Assembly (NCBI GenBank): GCA_013239625.1
Contig: MU053881.1
Location: forward strand, 6,719,957-6,783,956
Source of the DNA: Lama guanicoe
Lineage: Eukaryota
Length of the DNA stretch: 64,000 nt
Direction of reading: 5' to 3'
The notes below the pieces were generated by a model that was not told the origin of the DNA, ran no database searches, and worked only from the letters and a program-made list of their open reading frames with translations. Shown here piece by piece: positions 38,248-50,748 of the stretch (positions are counted from its first letter, which is position 1; each line of letters starts with the position of its first letter). A program made the position numbers and the translations under genes.

Positions 38248-38511
38248 GACTGACTGTGTACCAGGCACGGCCCTGCACTACATGCTGGGAATACAAGTGT
38301 CAAGAAGGCAGCTTATATGAAAATGATTCTGAAAGTACCAACCATGAGTAAGAGTGGAAATCCAGAGGCATGGGCTGATTTGTCTTATTCTTTCCTACCG
38401 TTGACAGATACAACTGGGGGACTTCAAATTCTGGGAGTGGGAAATCCTTCTGCGCAGCCTGGTCAAAGAAGACAGACTAGACAAAGGGAATTATGGCCTT
38501 GAATCCACCTG

Positions 38512-38985
38512 TGCCACTACCACCATCACCACCATGACAGCCACCACTACCACCATCATCCTCCACCAACACTACTACTAACACCACTATATCTCCCCAC
38601 CACCAGCACCAGCACCACCTCTGCTATTATCACCATCCACCACTAATGCCACCCCTCACTGCACTGCCACCATAGCACTCCCATCACTCCCATCACGGCC
38701 ACGACTGTAATCATCACTATTAACATCATCATGCTTCATCATCACCATAAACACCACCTATCACCACCGTACTGCCATTAATACCACTGTTATCATCAGT
38801 CCCCAACACTTCCACCATCACCAGCATTGTCCGTCCCATAGTTATCAGCACCACTAACAGCATCCTCCTTATCACCATCATCATCACCGCGACCAACACC
38901 ACCACCATCGCCACTGCCATCACGAGCGTCATCACCACCACCATCATCAAGACCGTCACTGCCACTAAGGTATTATCATCATTGA
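38512..38985. repeat. Long degenerate (CAC/CAT)n trinucleotide tract (~470 bp)
   Basis: Directly visible. Confidence 0.92.
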
Positions 38986-41900
38986 CGTATTGATACGCAC
39001 CATTTAGGTACTGCCTTACAGTTTACTAAATGCCTACGTGCACATTGTCTCATTTAACCCTCATGGAAATCCAATGAGTTTATATCATGATTGTTATTAT
39101 TTAATCAGTGAAGAAACTGACATGCAGAGAAGGGTTAAATTTTTTCTTAAACCACACAGCTCCTAAGGGGCAAGTTAGAACTGGCCTTTGGTTCTATTCT
39201 ACCCAACACCTCACACCTTTTTTTATCTCCATCAACTCTAAGTAAGCAGTGATGGAATGGCCCCCAATGCTCTGTTTTTGCACTAAACCACAATCTTTGA
39301 TGTTCAGATCATGTGGATATGCTGCATATGGGGGAGGAGTCAGAGCTGTGCCCAAGTTTCTTTGCTACGTTAATCCCAATTAGGGAATCTCAAGTCCTCG
39401 TGCATCTCTGTGAAACATCAATCCAAGTCACCGAGTACCAACCGTGGGCTCAGAACGGTGTTGAGCTTCTCGGTGGAGCTCAGAAGGAGAGGAATAAAGG
39501 TCCCAGTCGTTGAGGAAAGTGTACTCTTACTGGAGAGTCAGGGCATGTTTACAGGGAACGATTACAGAGCAATTCAAGGCAATCAGTTGCTAAATCATGC
39601 AGGACAAACAGTGAAAGCACTGGGAGGGAGCAGGGAGTGGATGTGGGAGCAAGTGATCACTGGGAGACTTTAGGGCAGACAGGGAGGGGTGAGAGGGGAC
39701 AGTCCCAATCCCCATTTACTTTGTCCTTTGTTCATTCTTGTCTCTACTACCTTCCAGGACTCTTTCTCCCACCTCCCGGAACTGGACAGCCTGACTCCAA
39801 TTCAGCTTCCATTCTCTTCCCTCCCATTTCTGATGACAGCCTTTCTATTGACATCTTCCAAGTCACAAATGTGTGCTGTGTTTCTCCATTCTTGTCTACT
39901 TCACTGATGTCGCTCATGAGATTCCTTCTGGCTAGAGCTTCACCACCTACATTCCTGCATTGGCCAAGCCCTCGCTCTGTTATCAGCCTCGAACTCCACC
40001 TCTTTCAGCCTTCGTCTCTGATTCCCCAGCCCTGCCCCTCGGGAAGAGATGCTCTTCCCCTCCTCGGAAGCCCCGCAGTGTAACACAATCTGCAGTTTAG
40101 TACAGTTAGATACCCCGATACCGTCTAGACTGGTGACTACGCGTGTTGGCGCTGGAGTCAAACCATCTGGGTTCAAATCCTGGGTTGGTCAAATGAGAGA
40201 TGAGGCATTGAACATTTCCTTCTTTACGCCCTCAGTTTCCTTACCTGCAAAGGGTCAGTAATGGTGTTAACTTCCTCATGATGCTGTAAGGTTTGTATAA
40301 AAACCAAGATGCTGAAGTGACTGGCACAAAGTCGGAGCTCTATAGATTTGTGTTAATATTATTATTATTATCACCAGCGTGAAGCTCCTTGAGGGCAAAG
40401 ACAGTGTCCTACATCACTCTCATCTCCCTCTGGCAGCTCCTCCTTCAGGGGAAGGCAGATGGGAGCCTGAATTGGCTCCCGGACAAGCTACACGATGTGG
40501 ACCAAGACACAGAGTGGTCGCTCTGGAAGGTGAGGAAGAGCCAGGATAGTAGCACAAGGCGAGAGCAGATACTATAGGGAGTGAAGGGCGCCCCGAGAAA
40601 GTCAGAGCAGGATTCGATACTCAACGTTTAGTCCCAGGCCTTCCCACCCATCCTTATCATGCACTCTGGGGACATATCAAATAGCAGAGTGCTTCCAGGA
40701 AATGAGTGGGGCTGCATTTGGAGTCAGTCCGAGATGGTATGAATCATGGTTCTTCTACCAGCCATCCGGAGGGACTTAGACAAGTCACTTCCTCCCAAGA
40801 CTCAGTTTCCTCATCTGTTAAAAGGGCAAATGAATGCCTTCTTCTCATAGTAGGAGACTTCATTTGTTAGATGGGGATAGTCATAGTACATACCTCATAG
40901 GGTTGTTGTGAGAACTAAACTAGTTTAATGTACCAAAAGTACTTGGAGTAGTCCTTGATACAAACTGTCACACAAATGTTATTTCTTTTTACTATTCTTC
41001 TTCTTGTAAAAGCTTTTATAATATTAACTGTGTTATTGTTATATTTGTCAACACCTTGCACAGTGCCTGGCACATAGCAGGTGCTCAGTACAGATGAGTT
41101 TTCCCTTTTTTCTGTCTGTCTCCAACTCTGATGCTGAAACATCCAACAGGCACATTTCAAGAGATGCTTAAAGTACCAAAAAAGTGGAGGCATCAAAAAC
41201 TTTTGATAAAACATGTTTTGAAAGTATATTATATTTCAAGAAAATTATCAAAGAAGTCATCATGGGAAAAATCTGAATTTCATTTGATTTTCTTAGACTT
41301 ATCTTACTGTTTCTGTTTTGAATTGTCTAAGTAGCAATTGGTGGGGCTGGTTGGTGTTGAGGACACAATCTTTTAGCCTCGGTGCCTTTAAGGCTTAGAG
41401 TCCTAATCCAGCCCAGTGTCGGCACATGCAAAGGAGAAGAGGAAGGAAGTGAGCAGAAAGGCGCCTTTCTCTGATAAGAGATCCTGCTGAGTGTGCGATT
41501 TGACCATCTGACCGCCTGGGAGAGTCTTACAAGGGTGAGTCCCAGGGATGGAGAGAAAGTGCAGCCTCTGCCACGCAGATGCTAATGCAGAGGTTTCCCA
41601 AGGGCAGGTGGGCACAGCGTGGCCTCCAGAACCCTCCCTCAGCCGCCAGCAGACCCCTCCTCTCCCTCTGGGCCGGGGGTTGGATGGGTGAGGAGGCTGG
41701 CGGCTGTCATTTCCCGTTCTTGGGAGCTCAGAAGCTCAACCTTTTCTTGGGGATCAGAAGCCTGCTTGTCCTGTACGTGCCCTCAGGCTGGAAGAGGTGC
41801 CTTGGAATCGGACGTGCTTCAAATCCTGGCTCTTTAATCCCTAGAACCTCACTGAGCCTCAGTTTCCCAATCTGCAAAATGAGGACAACATTACAACTGT

Positions 41901-42829
41901 CACAGGACTACTACAGAAATGAAAGAAGACTCAGTATGCAGAAGGCTCTGGGACACAACAGGCCCTCAAAAGTCAGAATTCCTCCTCCTCTTCAAGCAAC
42001 ATTCCCCAGCTCTCCCATTTCTACCCTAAACAAGCCTGTTCACCCTGGATGAGTCCTGGTTAATTGCTTAGTGCAGGAAGCTTTCTATAATAACTAGGAT
42101 TGTTCATTTTTCCCAGCAGAGACGTCCTACTAGGTGCCCTGGAAAAGGTATTTGACTTGCATGCTTCAGGCCCTTCCTTTGTCCACACCTACTAACTTCT
42201 GTCAAATATGCTGGCTTCAAACCCCACACAAGGCTTCTGCACATAACCCAGGCGGCCAGCCTGGTCTGCCTTTCTGAGCATTGCCACTGAAATCCCTCGG
42301 GGAGATCGCTAGTTCACACAGCTCTGCCCTGCACCCTGTCCTGGCCTATGGTCTTAGAAGCAATTTAGATGAAGAGCTAGAATGCCTCGCCATACCTTCA
42401 GGTAGCCTAGAACTTGGAGGTACAGCTAAGGTGATGGCTGGTAGAATCACGATTCAGGATCTCACTTGGCTAGAATAATAGTTAAAATTAGCAAATTAAA
42501 ACTTAATGGGCATACCTTTTTTTTTTTCATTTACGGAAAAAAAAGAAAAAAAAGATTAATTCCAGAAATGCTAATCTGGTGGAACAGAACTTCCTAGCAA
42601 CTCACATAAGAACATACAATGCTGGGAAAGCCTAGAGTTCAGATCCCAGGTCTGACACTCAAGCTGTGTGACCGTGGGCAAACTTCTTGCCTTCTTTGGA
42701 CTTGCTTGGTTATCCAAAAATGATACTCAAGCCAGAAGGCTTGAAAGGTCCCTTCCAGTTGGACGTATACTCTTATAATTACATATATGTGTATATATAC
42801 ACATACACACTATACTCTGTACTCTAAGT

Positions 42830-42982
42830 CAATGATCCTCTAACTTCAGTGGGCATCCAAGTCACCAGGAAATTTTGTTAAAATGCAAGATTCAGTAGGG
42901 GCCTGAGACTCTCTGCATTTGTAATAGGCTCCCAGGTGATACAGATGCTGTTGGTGTGAGGACCACACTTTGAGTGGCATGG
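42830..42982. mobile_element. MER5A/MER5A1-like hAT DNA transposon
   Basis: caatgatcctctaactt...tcaccaggaaattttgttaaaatgcaagattcagtaggggcctgagactctctgcattt...ctcccaggtgat...ggaccacactttgagt. Confidence 0.75.
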
Positions 42983-43019
42983 TTCCAGGCAGCAATAACC
43001 TGTCTCTAATGCCCCCTTG

Positions 43020-43230
43020 CGATGTTCTGACCATTGTATCTTACATATATTATTGTATTTAATTCTCATAACGACCTTGGAGGTCATTACTATCAATGTC
43101 CTAATTCTCTGGATGTGGAAACAGAAGTTCACAGTGGAGAAGGCACCTGCCTGAGGTCAAGTAGCTAATAAGCTGCACAGCCAGGCTTTGGATCCAGGTC
43201 TGTCTAACCAAGAGTACACGTCCACACCTG
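43020..43230 (-). mobile_element. MIR SINE
   Basis: atttaattctcataacgacctt...ggatgtggaaacagaagttcacag...cctgcctgaggtcaagtagctaataag...ggatccaggtctgtct. Confidence 0.6.
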
Positions 43231-43827
43231 CAGTACCACTTACATGTGTGTAATATAGATTTAGGCCAACGTGTGGCTAAGGATGGGAAGGGAACTAATG
43301 AGAAAACAGAAGGCAAATGCACCAGCAAGTTCCTGCATGTGTGTCCTCTGCAAGGATGACCACTCATCCACCCACTGACCGGCCTCTTCCTGCCTCTCTC
43401 AACCCTGTGAAAACACTGACTGATTCTGGTGCCTGATTCTCATGGTTTGAAATTCTAACAGCCTTGGAGGTATTTAAATGCTCTATTCTTCACTGACAGA
43501 CAGTGAGGGCTGTAACAAAGGGAGAAGAATTTAGTTCATATAAATGATTAGAGCAGAGGAGAGATGTTTAATCCTATTAATGAATTTGCTAATTGGCCTG
43601 CTGCCCCCAATCATTTCATATTCAGGCTTTGGCAGCGTCAGATTAAACAGAATCAGATCCAGGGGTGGTTTGAGATGGGGCTAAAAGCATTTTGCTCAAG
43701 GCCCGCAGATGGCTCGGTTGTTTTGTATGGCTAATGAGGTGCTTCGTCTATCCCTGGATGCCACTCTCCAACCTCCACATGCCCTGTTGTGGCTGTTTTC
43801 CCTCCAGGTGAGGCCAGAAGGGGAGGA

Positions 43828-44062
43828 GGCTAGTGTGGTGGTTAAGACCTCAGGCTCTGGGATCAGTCAGAACCAGGCACTGCTATGTGCAAGCTGTGCA
43901 AACTTGGGCAAGACCCTTCTCTCCTTGGAGCCTCAGTTTCTTCATCTGCAAAATGAGAACTGTAATAGGGTCTGTCCTCTAGGGCTGGGAGGAGGTTAAT
44001 CACATAAACATGGGAAAAGGGCAGAGCAAGGTGAGGCCAACGTTAGCTACTATTAGTTATTA
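43828..44062 (+). mobile_element. MIR SINE
   Basis: gtgtggtggttaagacctcaggctctgg...ttgggcaag...gagcctcagtttcttcatctgcaaaatgag, with a tattagttattatt tail. Confidence 0.7.
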
Positions 44063-47000
44063 TTTACCCCAGCAGACGATCCACGTTCTCCTCTGTCACT
44101 GTTGGGAATTTCTTTCATCATCTACAACTGACAGCTTCCCACAGGAGCCACCCAGAGAAATCGCTTGGGATTCCAGTGGCCATGGTTGTGATGGCTCTGG
44201 GTCCCAGAGGGATGGAATCAGAGGCCACAGCTTGAAGGCACAGAGACCACCAAGGACTCACAGTCACTATGCAAAGGGAGCAACAGAAAAGGAAGGGACC
44301 TGCCCTGAGATGGGACAACAGACAGCAGCGAGGCCAGCGCTACCCCGAGCTGCTAAAGCCACCTCACCTTCTGTGACGCACTGTGCTCACTACTTCGCTG
44401 ACCCCTTCCACAGCCCTGAGGGGGACACTGTCATGGTCCTCACTTTAGAGAGGAGGACACTGAGGCTCAGAGAAGTCAGCTAGGAAGCCATAGAGCTGGA
44501 GTTTGAACCCAAAGCTCTGACTTTACCCCAGTGGTCCTATCGCTCAGCCCCACTCCGAGCCCCTGATCTGCACTGACTGCAGTTCCCATCGTGCCCCCCA
44601 CCCACTGCCCCTGGGAGGGTTTCAATTTGGCCTGGAATAACAAGAATTAATCCAACGCTCTGTTCCAGCGGCTAGGGTATGAGAGGCTAGTGATATCTCA
44701 ACTGATAACAGAGACTCCCTAAAGGTGACCTATTTAAAACACCACCTGGAGAGAGGGGAAGTGTTCAGAGATAAGCCAAGTTGTCTGCAGGTCCCAGGAC
44801 TCTCAGTCTCTCGACTCACACACACACACACACTCTCTCTCTCCACCAATACTGCTCGTTCTCCGCCTGATAAATGGGAGCATCAGCTCCAGGGCCATAA
44901 TGCAGAACTCTGCAGCACTTTTCCCCATGAGCAGATCCGGATTTCTCATTGGCGCCGCCACAACCCTGCACTACTCGTATGAGCCGACAACATCCATCAG
45001 TGTCAGGCCTTGACAGAGGTCCTGGAATAAGACTTGTTCCCTGAGAGCTAGTCTGAGACATAAACGCGTAAATCCGTAATTACATAATGTTTAGGATTGT
45101 GGCAAAGGGAAGCAGCAATAGCTGTAGGGGAGCAAGGGAGGGGGATACGTGGTCTGCCTATAAGAACTTGGGAAGGGGTGACATTGAATGAGGTCTTGAA
45201 GGATGTGTAGGAGTTCGCCAGGTGAACAAGGAGGCGGAAGTGGAGGAAGAGTGGGGAAGTAGAAGTGGATCTTGAGCAAAAACAACACCAGGGAAGCATT
45301 GCTAAGGAATACTTATGGAATTGCTTGGTGAACAAATAACTGAGTGGACCAAAACACAGGTTCTTGATTTCACCCAGAAAATGTAAAGGCGAACCTAAAA
45401 TACAAGGGAGGCCATTGTGGGTCAGTCCTCACTTAGTTTTTTTAATTAATCAACGAGAGACTGAAAGCGTAGAGATATTTTTCCCATTTTCCCTCATTCC
45501 CCCCAAAATACTACACACCTACTGGTATCCAAAAAATTACCAGAATACTTCTTGACTGAATTTATAATATTTAGCTTTCCAAGAAGCACTTGTTATAAGT
45601 TTAGCATTAATTATCTAATTATACCAGGGGTTCCTGTACCACTGACTCCTTCCAAGTCTCACGGCGGGGGGTTTAGATCCAGGATTCGGGTAGCCTGACT
45701 AGCAATGCTCTTCATGCAAAGACAGTCTTTTACCATAGCCTTTCTGGGATCTCATTAACCATTCATTAATTTATGGATTCATTCATTTATGCATGCACTC
45801 ATTTCTTCAGTCCTTCCTTCTGTCATTCCTGTGATACTTCATCTGCTTCTTCATTCATTCACTCATTTATTTATCCCCTCATTCATTCTTCCACTCACTT
45901 GCTAATGTACACACTCGCTTGCTCCTCTGCACTTTATAAAGCATTTATTGAGCAAAGCCCTTCTAGGCATACAAAGAGGTCCAAGACATGGGCCCTTTGC
46001 AGGGACCAGGCCAAAAAAACCCCAAGGATGTCAGGCAGTCGTCCTTTCACTTCCATATTTCAGTCTTTCCCATCTCCCTCTTCCCTCCACCTTGAGTTCC
46101 ACTGACTTTCTTCTGGCAGGATCAGAACTGTGCCAGGCACTGGGTGTGGTCCACCCGTACTTTTGTGGCTATCAGGGGGCTGGAGAGCAGGAATACTGTC
46201 CTCAGCTCTTCCCTGCTAAATGGTAAACAGATTCAGTACATTTCGTGGACAAAGCCAATTCAAAGCCAGCAGACCAAATAACAGAATTCATTCCAGGCAG
46301 CGGGCTGGTAACTAAAACTCCAGTGGGAAGCTAACTTTTCCTGCAGGGTCTGCAATTCTAGGAAATAACAGCGAGAGGCCAAGCATTCTGTTATTTATCA
46401 TTTCCTCCAGAAAAGATTTATGGGGTACCTACTATGTGCAAGGAACCAAGCTGGGGACTGTGAAGGATGATTCAGAAAAGCTCCCCTCAAAAAGCTGATG
46501 CTCTGGGGGTGGGGCGAGGGGTTAACACCTCCATCAGCTGCCTAATTCAAAGCATGACTTGAGATTCATGAGACTGTACACCGTAAAAGATTAAGGAATT
46601 TAGATGGAAGAAGTCGCTTCTTTCTGGGGCTTGGGGAAGCCTTCCTGAATGTGGAAACAGCTGAGTGAGGTCCTGGAATCTGGGTAGAATTTTAACTATT
46701 AGATAAGGAAGTGGAGGGGAGGGTAGTACAGAGTTAACAGAATGGATAAAGATGCAGAAACAGGTATTGCTCAAGGCACAAATACCTCTGTAAATCAGTA
46801 TTCCTCTTTTAGATATTTAAAAAAATGACATTTCTAAAGTGAAATGACTTGCCAAAGGTCCCTTGAGCCTAGGACAGTGCAACAACAGGGCTAGTGCTTC
46901 TCTATGCCTCGCTGCCTCTCGTTGGTCCCCCAGATCTCTGGTGGCTGAACATGCTGCCCCAAGCAATAAACCCCAAACCCAGCCTCATCAGGAAAACTGG

Positions 47001-47939
47001 GCTTCCATAAGGTGTCTGAGAGTCCGAGGTGCTTACTAATCTACTAAAACAGTCCCATATTTGTCTCTAGCTTGTCACGTGGCCATAGGAAAAGCCTCTA
47101 ACAGCTGTGGGATTTTGTTTGCTCATCTATTCAGTGAACACTCTGGAAATTCCAAGCTCAGTCCTTCCTGAAGGTTCCAAATGCTGTCCCTCGGTCACGG
47201 AAAATTGATAACACAGCCACCCCTGCAAAGTGGGATTATCTGCTATAAGCGAATCTCCAGTGAGATGCCCTTGGTAGAGTGATGCTCTCCCTAAATTCTC
47301 TTGCCCTGCCCAGGCCCCAGCTGCTGCACCTGCATGATTCTTCTCTGATCACCCGTGACATCCCAACCCTTTAAGCCCAGAGCAGTGTCCCTGGTCTGAT
47401 AAGCACACACAAGATGCCCGGAGCCAGAAATCTTACCTAGGTCCTGGGATGCAGAGGCTGAATCCCTGAAGCAGGGCCTTTCCCTTTCTTAATTAAAGAC
47501 AAGGATCCCAAACAGAGAGTGGGACAGGAAATTAATGTGAATGCTTTTTATTCAGTGGCACAGCTCTTAAATCACTTTAGATTTCTGTTGCCTTCAGGAA
47601 GCTCTCCCTGAACAGCCAGGTTGGGCTACGTACATCCCTCAGCACTAAATCATGTGGAGCTTTATATGTACGCCATTCCAAATTATAATTTTGAAACACG
47701 CAGTGTATTTGTTGAACAAGATACAATGTTTTCAGGACCAGCCACAAAACAGAGGTCAGCGGGGGCTTCAGCAACAGAATCAGCATCTGAGTACATTCGG
47801 TCTGGGTCCTAGTTCCCTGGACAGGGCAGGACGAAGTCTCCAGAAATGAACTGTGAGGACTTCCAGAGGCATGGACTACTTCCAGGATGGCTTACTCTAG
47901 GCATTTGGAAGCCCCAAACAGCAGAGTCATAAATTGAAT

Positions 47940-48175
47940 AGTAGTTACAATTTGCTGACTACTTCCCATGTAGAAGAGCTTGTGCTAAGCATTTGATTTG
48001 CATTATCCCTGAAATCCACACAACACAACAGCTATTTTAAGACAGTATCTACTACTGTCCCTGTTTTGTAGTTGAGGAAAATAAGGCTTAGTCATACAGC
48101 TAGTAAGTGGTACAGCATGGATTTGAACCCAGCAGGGAGACTGATTCCTGAGTTGAAAATCTCCACCACACTCTT
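47940..48175 (-). mobile_element. MIR SINE
   Basis: gttttgtagttgaggaaaataaggct...cagctagtaagtggtacagcatggatttgaacccag. Confidence 0.65.
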
Positions 48176-50687
48176 CTGACTGATTCTAATTAGATCCAAG
48201 CCTGATGTCTCAGAGATCACAATGCACAGCACTGGTAAGAGCATCAGCAAAAAAACAAAACAAAAAAAAAAAAACTTCAAATTTGAGAACCGGATGGAAC
48301 CTGAGAAAATGTGTAATGTAACTTTCCCCCTTTCAAAGGTGAAACCTAGGTCGAAATGGGGGAAGGAGCCAGACCAGGAAGTGATCCCTGATCACTAGCC
48401 TTTCTGGTCAGTTTCCAAGCCACTTCTCTCTGCAGAAAGGGTCTCCTGCTGATCAGCATCCCACTGAGCAAGACAAGAAGATAAGACTGCTCCAGGGCAA
48501 ATGCCTGGGGTGGGGTGGTGTACAGAGCTGGAGCTCCGGACAGTTCCAGCCAGTGTGGTGGGGGCTTTGTGCAAGGGGGCTGACCAGCCACCCAGGGTTC
48601 AGGGCAGCTTGTCATGGTGGCCTTTCCAATAGCCCTAGACCTGCAATGAACTTGTTGTGAGGGTTAAGTGAGAATTGGCAGATAAAGGACACACAGTAGA
48701 AGCTCACTGAATGCTGGTGACCCCTCTTCTTTATCTTAAACTTCTAGGACAGGGAAGCAAAGAGCTCTGGCCTCTGGGAATCCTGCAGGAATTCATCCAG
48801 GGTGACCTGGGGTTTTGTGTACAAAAAGGGAATGGTAGACAGTAATGTTTGAGCTCTTAATCTTTGCAGAGGCCCGTGTAAGGAGCGCAGATCCACGGTT
48901 CATTTGATCTTGGCATCTTTCAATAATCTCCTCTGGGTCCCTGGTGGCTGCAGCCAACACAGTATATGAGGCAGGGTCCTCCCTCTCCCCACTTCCTCCA
49001 CATCCAGTTTCCTGCCTGAAGATAGTATGCCCGTCCATTTCATGGATAAGGAAACTGAGGCCGAGAGGTGAAGGGGCTTTCCTGAGGTCACTTAAGGAAG
49101 GAGGGATAGAGCTGGGATTTGTACCCAGACTCTGTGGGACTCAAGGGTCCAAGATCTTTCTGTGATACCTAGCTGCCTCCCAGGAGTACCACAGACATTG
49201 CAAATATTTTAAAACAAACCCCTGAATTTCTTGTCCCCACAGTCCCCTGGGCTCTGGGACCTCATGGTGTTCAGATGTTGGGAGAGGAGACCAGGCTTTG
49301 GTGCTGAACTTTGCCCCTAGTCAAGCAATATCAGAGGATCTATGAGAAGGGAGGCTCTGAATATCAAGGTCCTGGGCCAAGGCTCGCAGACTTGTCCTGC
49401 CTAAGACAACCAGTCCCTTCCCTGCCAGAAGGATGTATAACTCAGCTGGACAAATGGGCCTCTTCCCATGGTCTAGGCTCTGAATGCCTAAGATCGTCAC
49501 CGAAAGATCCTGTCCCTCAGTATTCAGTCACTCTGATGTCTCTGGGGGCTGGGCCAGATGCCTGCACCCCTCAAGAACAGGTTATTCACAGGGAGCTCTG
49601 GGATGCAGCCTTCCCTAATGAATCCGGAAAGACCAACCAAGTCCTAAGAGTGGACTCACTGTGCGTCCTGGAGTCCACCATTGTTCTAACACAAATCTAA
49701 TCACTAGCCTACATAAGGAGTTGGAGCTGCAACCCCACCTGTAACCAGAGCCTGGGTTCCAGTGGCAGAACCTGAAGGTTTAACTGTCAGGTTACTTAAA
49801 GTCCTTTCACCACTCACAGTAGTATTTGAGCATGAAACCAAACCAAACCAGACACATCATATTCTTTTTCCTAACTGTATCCAGTCACTTTATTCCAGCA
49901 TAGTCCCCCAAGGCACAACACATGTTTTCCCCAACTTCACATGGACCCACTGGACAACCGTCCCACTGGTGAGATTGTCCCAGCTGGGGTCCAGGCGGGA
50001 GAGGCCCCAGGATATGATGCTTTCTGATCCTTGATGTTAGCGCACACATCCACCAGACCTTGACAATGCCCTCAGCTCTCCAGCGGTTCCCAGAGAATGG
50101 CAGCACCCCCGTGTGATGCCCTGGCTCCTGATTCCCTGAGCCACCAGGACACAAGCCCTGGGAGTTTTACCACCTGGCAGCAGCTGATTCCTTTTGGCTT
50201 GCAGAGGGTTACTGAAGGGGCAGAAAGCATTCTCTCTCTCTGGTGGACCCCCAGGTCTCCACAGCATCGCTGCCGGTGGGTAGTGTGTGAATGTGTGAGC
50301 GCCGTTGCTGGGTGCCCACAGTTACACAAACACCAGCCGACACTGGAACGGTTAGAGCTTCCTAACATTTCCACCCAGACAATCCAGCCACCCCCCTTCC
50401 TTCTGCTCCTAGAGATTTTCCCAAGAGGAGGGTCCCGGCACCTGGTGCCCCAGAAGGGTCCTGTTGCCCCCCGAGGCCGGAGCCCACTCTGGCTCCCTCC
50501 TCTGCGAGCTCACGGGTGTTCACATCAATCCTCCCGCCGGTTTCTTACTCCTTTGGATACAGGAATCTGAACCCGCTCCTCATGGAGAGGGGGGTCCGGG
50601 GCAAGGGGGGCAGGTGGCACACCCCAGCCCAGCCCTGAGCACCCCCAAACCCAGCAGGGGAACAAAAGAAAGAAGGAGGTGGCTTAC

Positions 50688-50748
50688 CTTTCGAGGGTCG
50701 TCTTTGTTTGGTTTGCAGAGACGAGAAGGTGCCCATGACGGCCCCCAT
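50688..50748 (-). CDS. KCNIP1: First coding exon (exon Ib type, 61 nt, phase 1) of Kv channel-interacting protein 1 (KChIP1); encodes MGAVMGTFSSLQTKQRRPSK plus the first base of the next codon
   Basis: Minus strand reads gctgccATGGGGGCCGTCATGGGCACC...CCCTCGAAAG|GTAAGCC: strong Kozak context (gccATGG), canonical donor at 50687-50682, and a peptide matching the KChIP1 N-terminus as I recall it (MGAVMGTFSSLQTKQRRPSK-D...). It lies at the edge of a CpG island. No downstream EF-hand exons are in the window. Confidence 0.96.

Larger units (their letters stand above)
1..50687 (-). other. KCNIP1: 5' part of the long intron following KCNIP1 exon Ib (runs off the left end of the window)
   Basis: Starts at the GTAAGC donor. 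No KChIP1 downstream exon sequence (DIAWWYYQYQR or DKIEDELEMTMVCHRPEG) was found in the remaining 50 kb, consistent with the known very large intron. Confidence 0.85.

Noticed and set aside
37205..38253. Repetitive ORFs and a regularly spaced repeat array superficially like CRISPR or a repeat protein
   Set aside because: Units are contiguous with no unique spacers, there are no cas genes and the context is mammalian; the ORFs simply translate the minisatellite.
50545..50687. 67-aa ORF continuing from the KCNIP1 ATG (…GKPPPSFFCSP…)
   Set aside because: Read-through past the canonical AAG|GTAAGC donor into the intron; only the first 20 codons match KChIP1.
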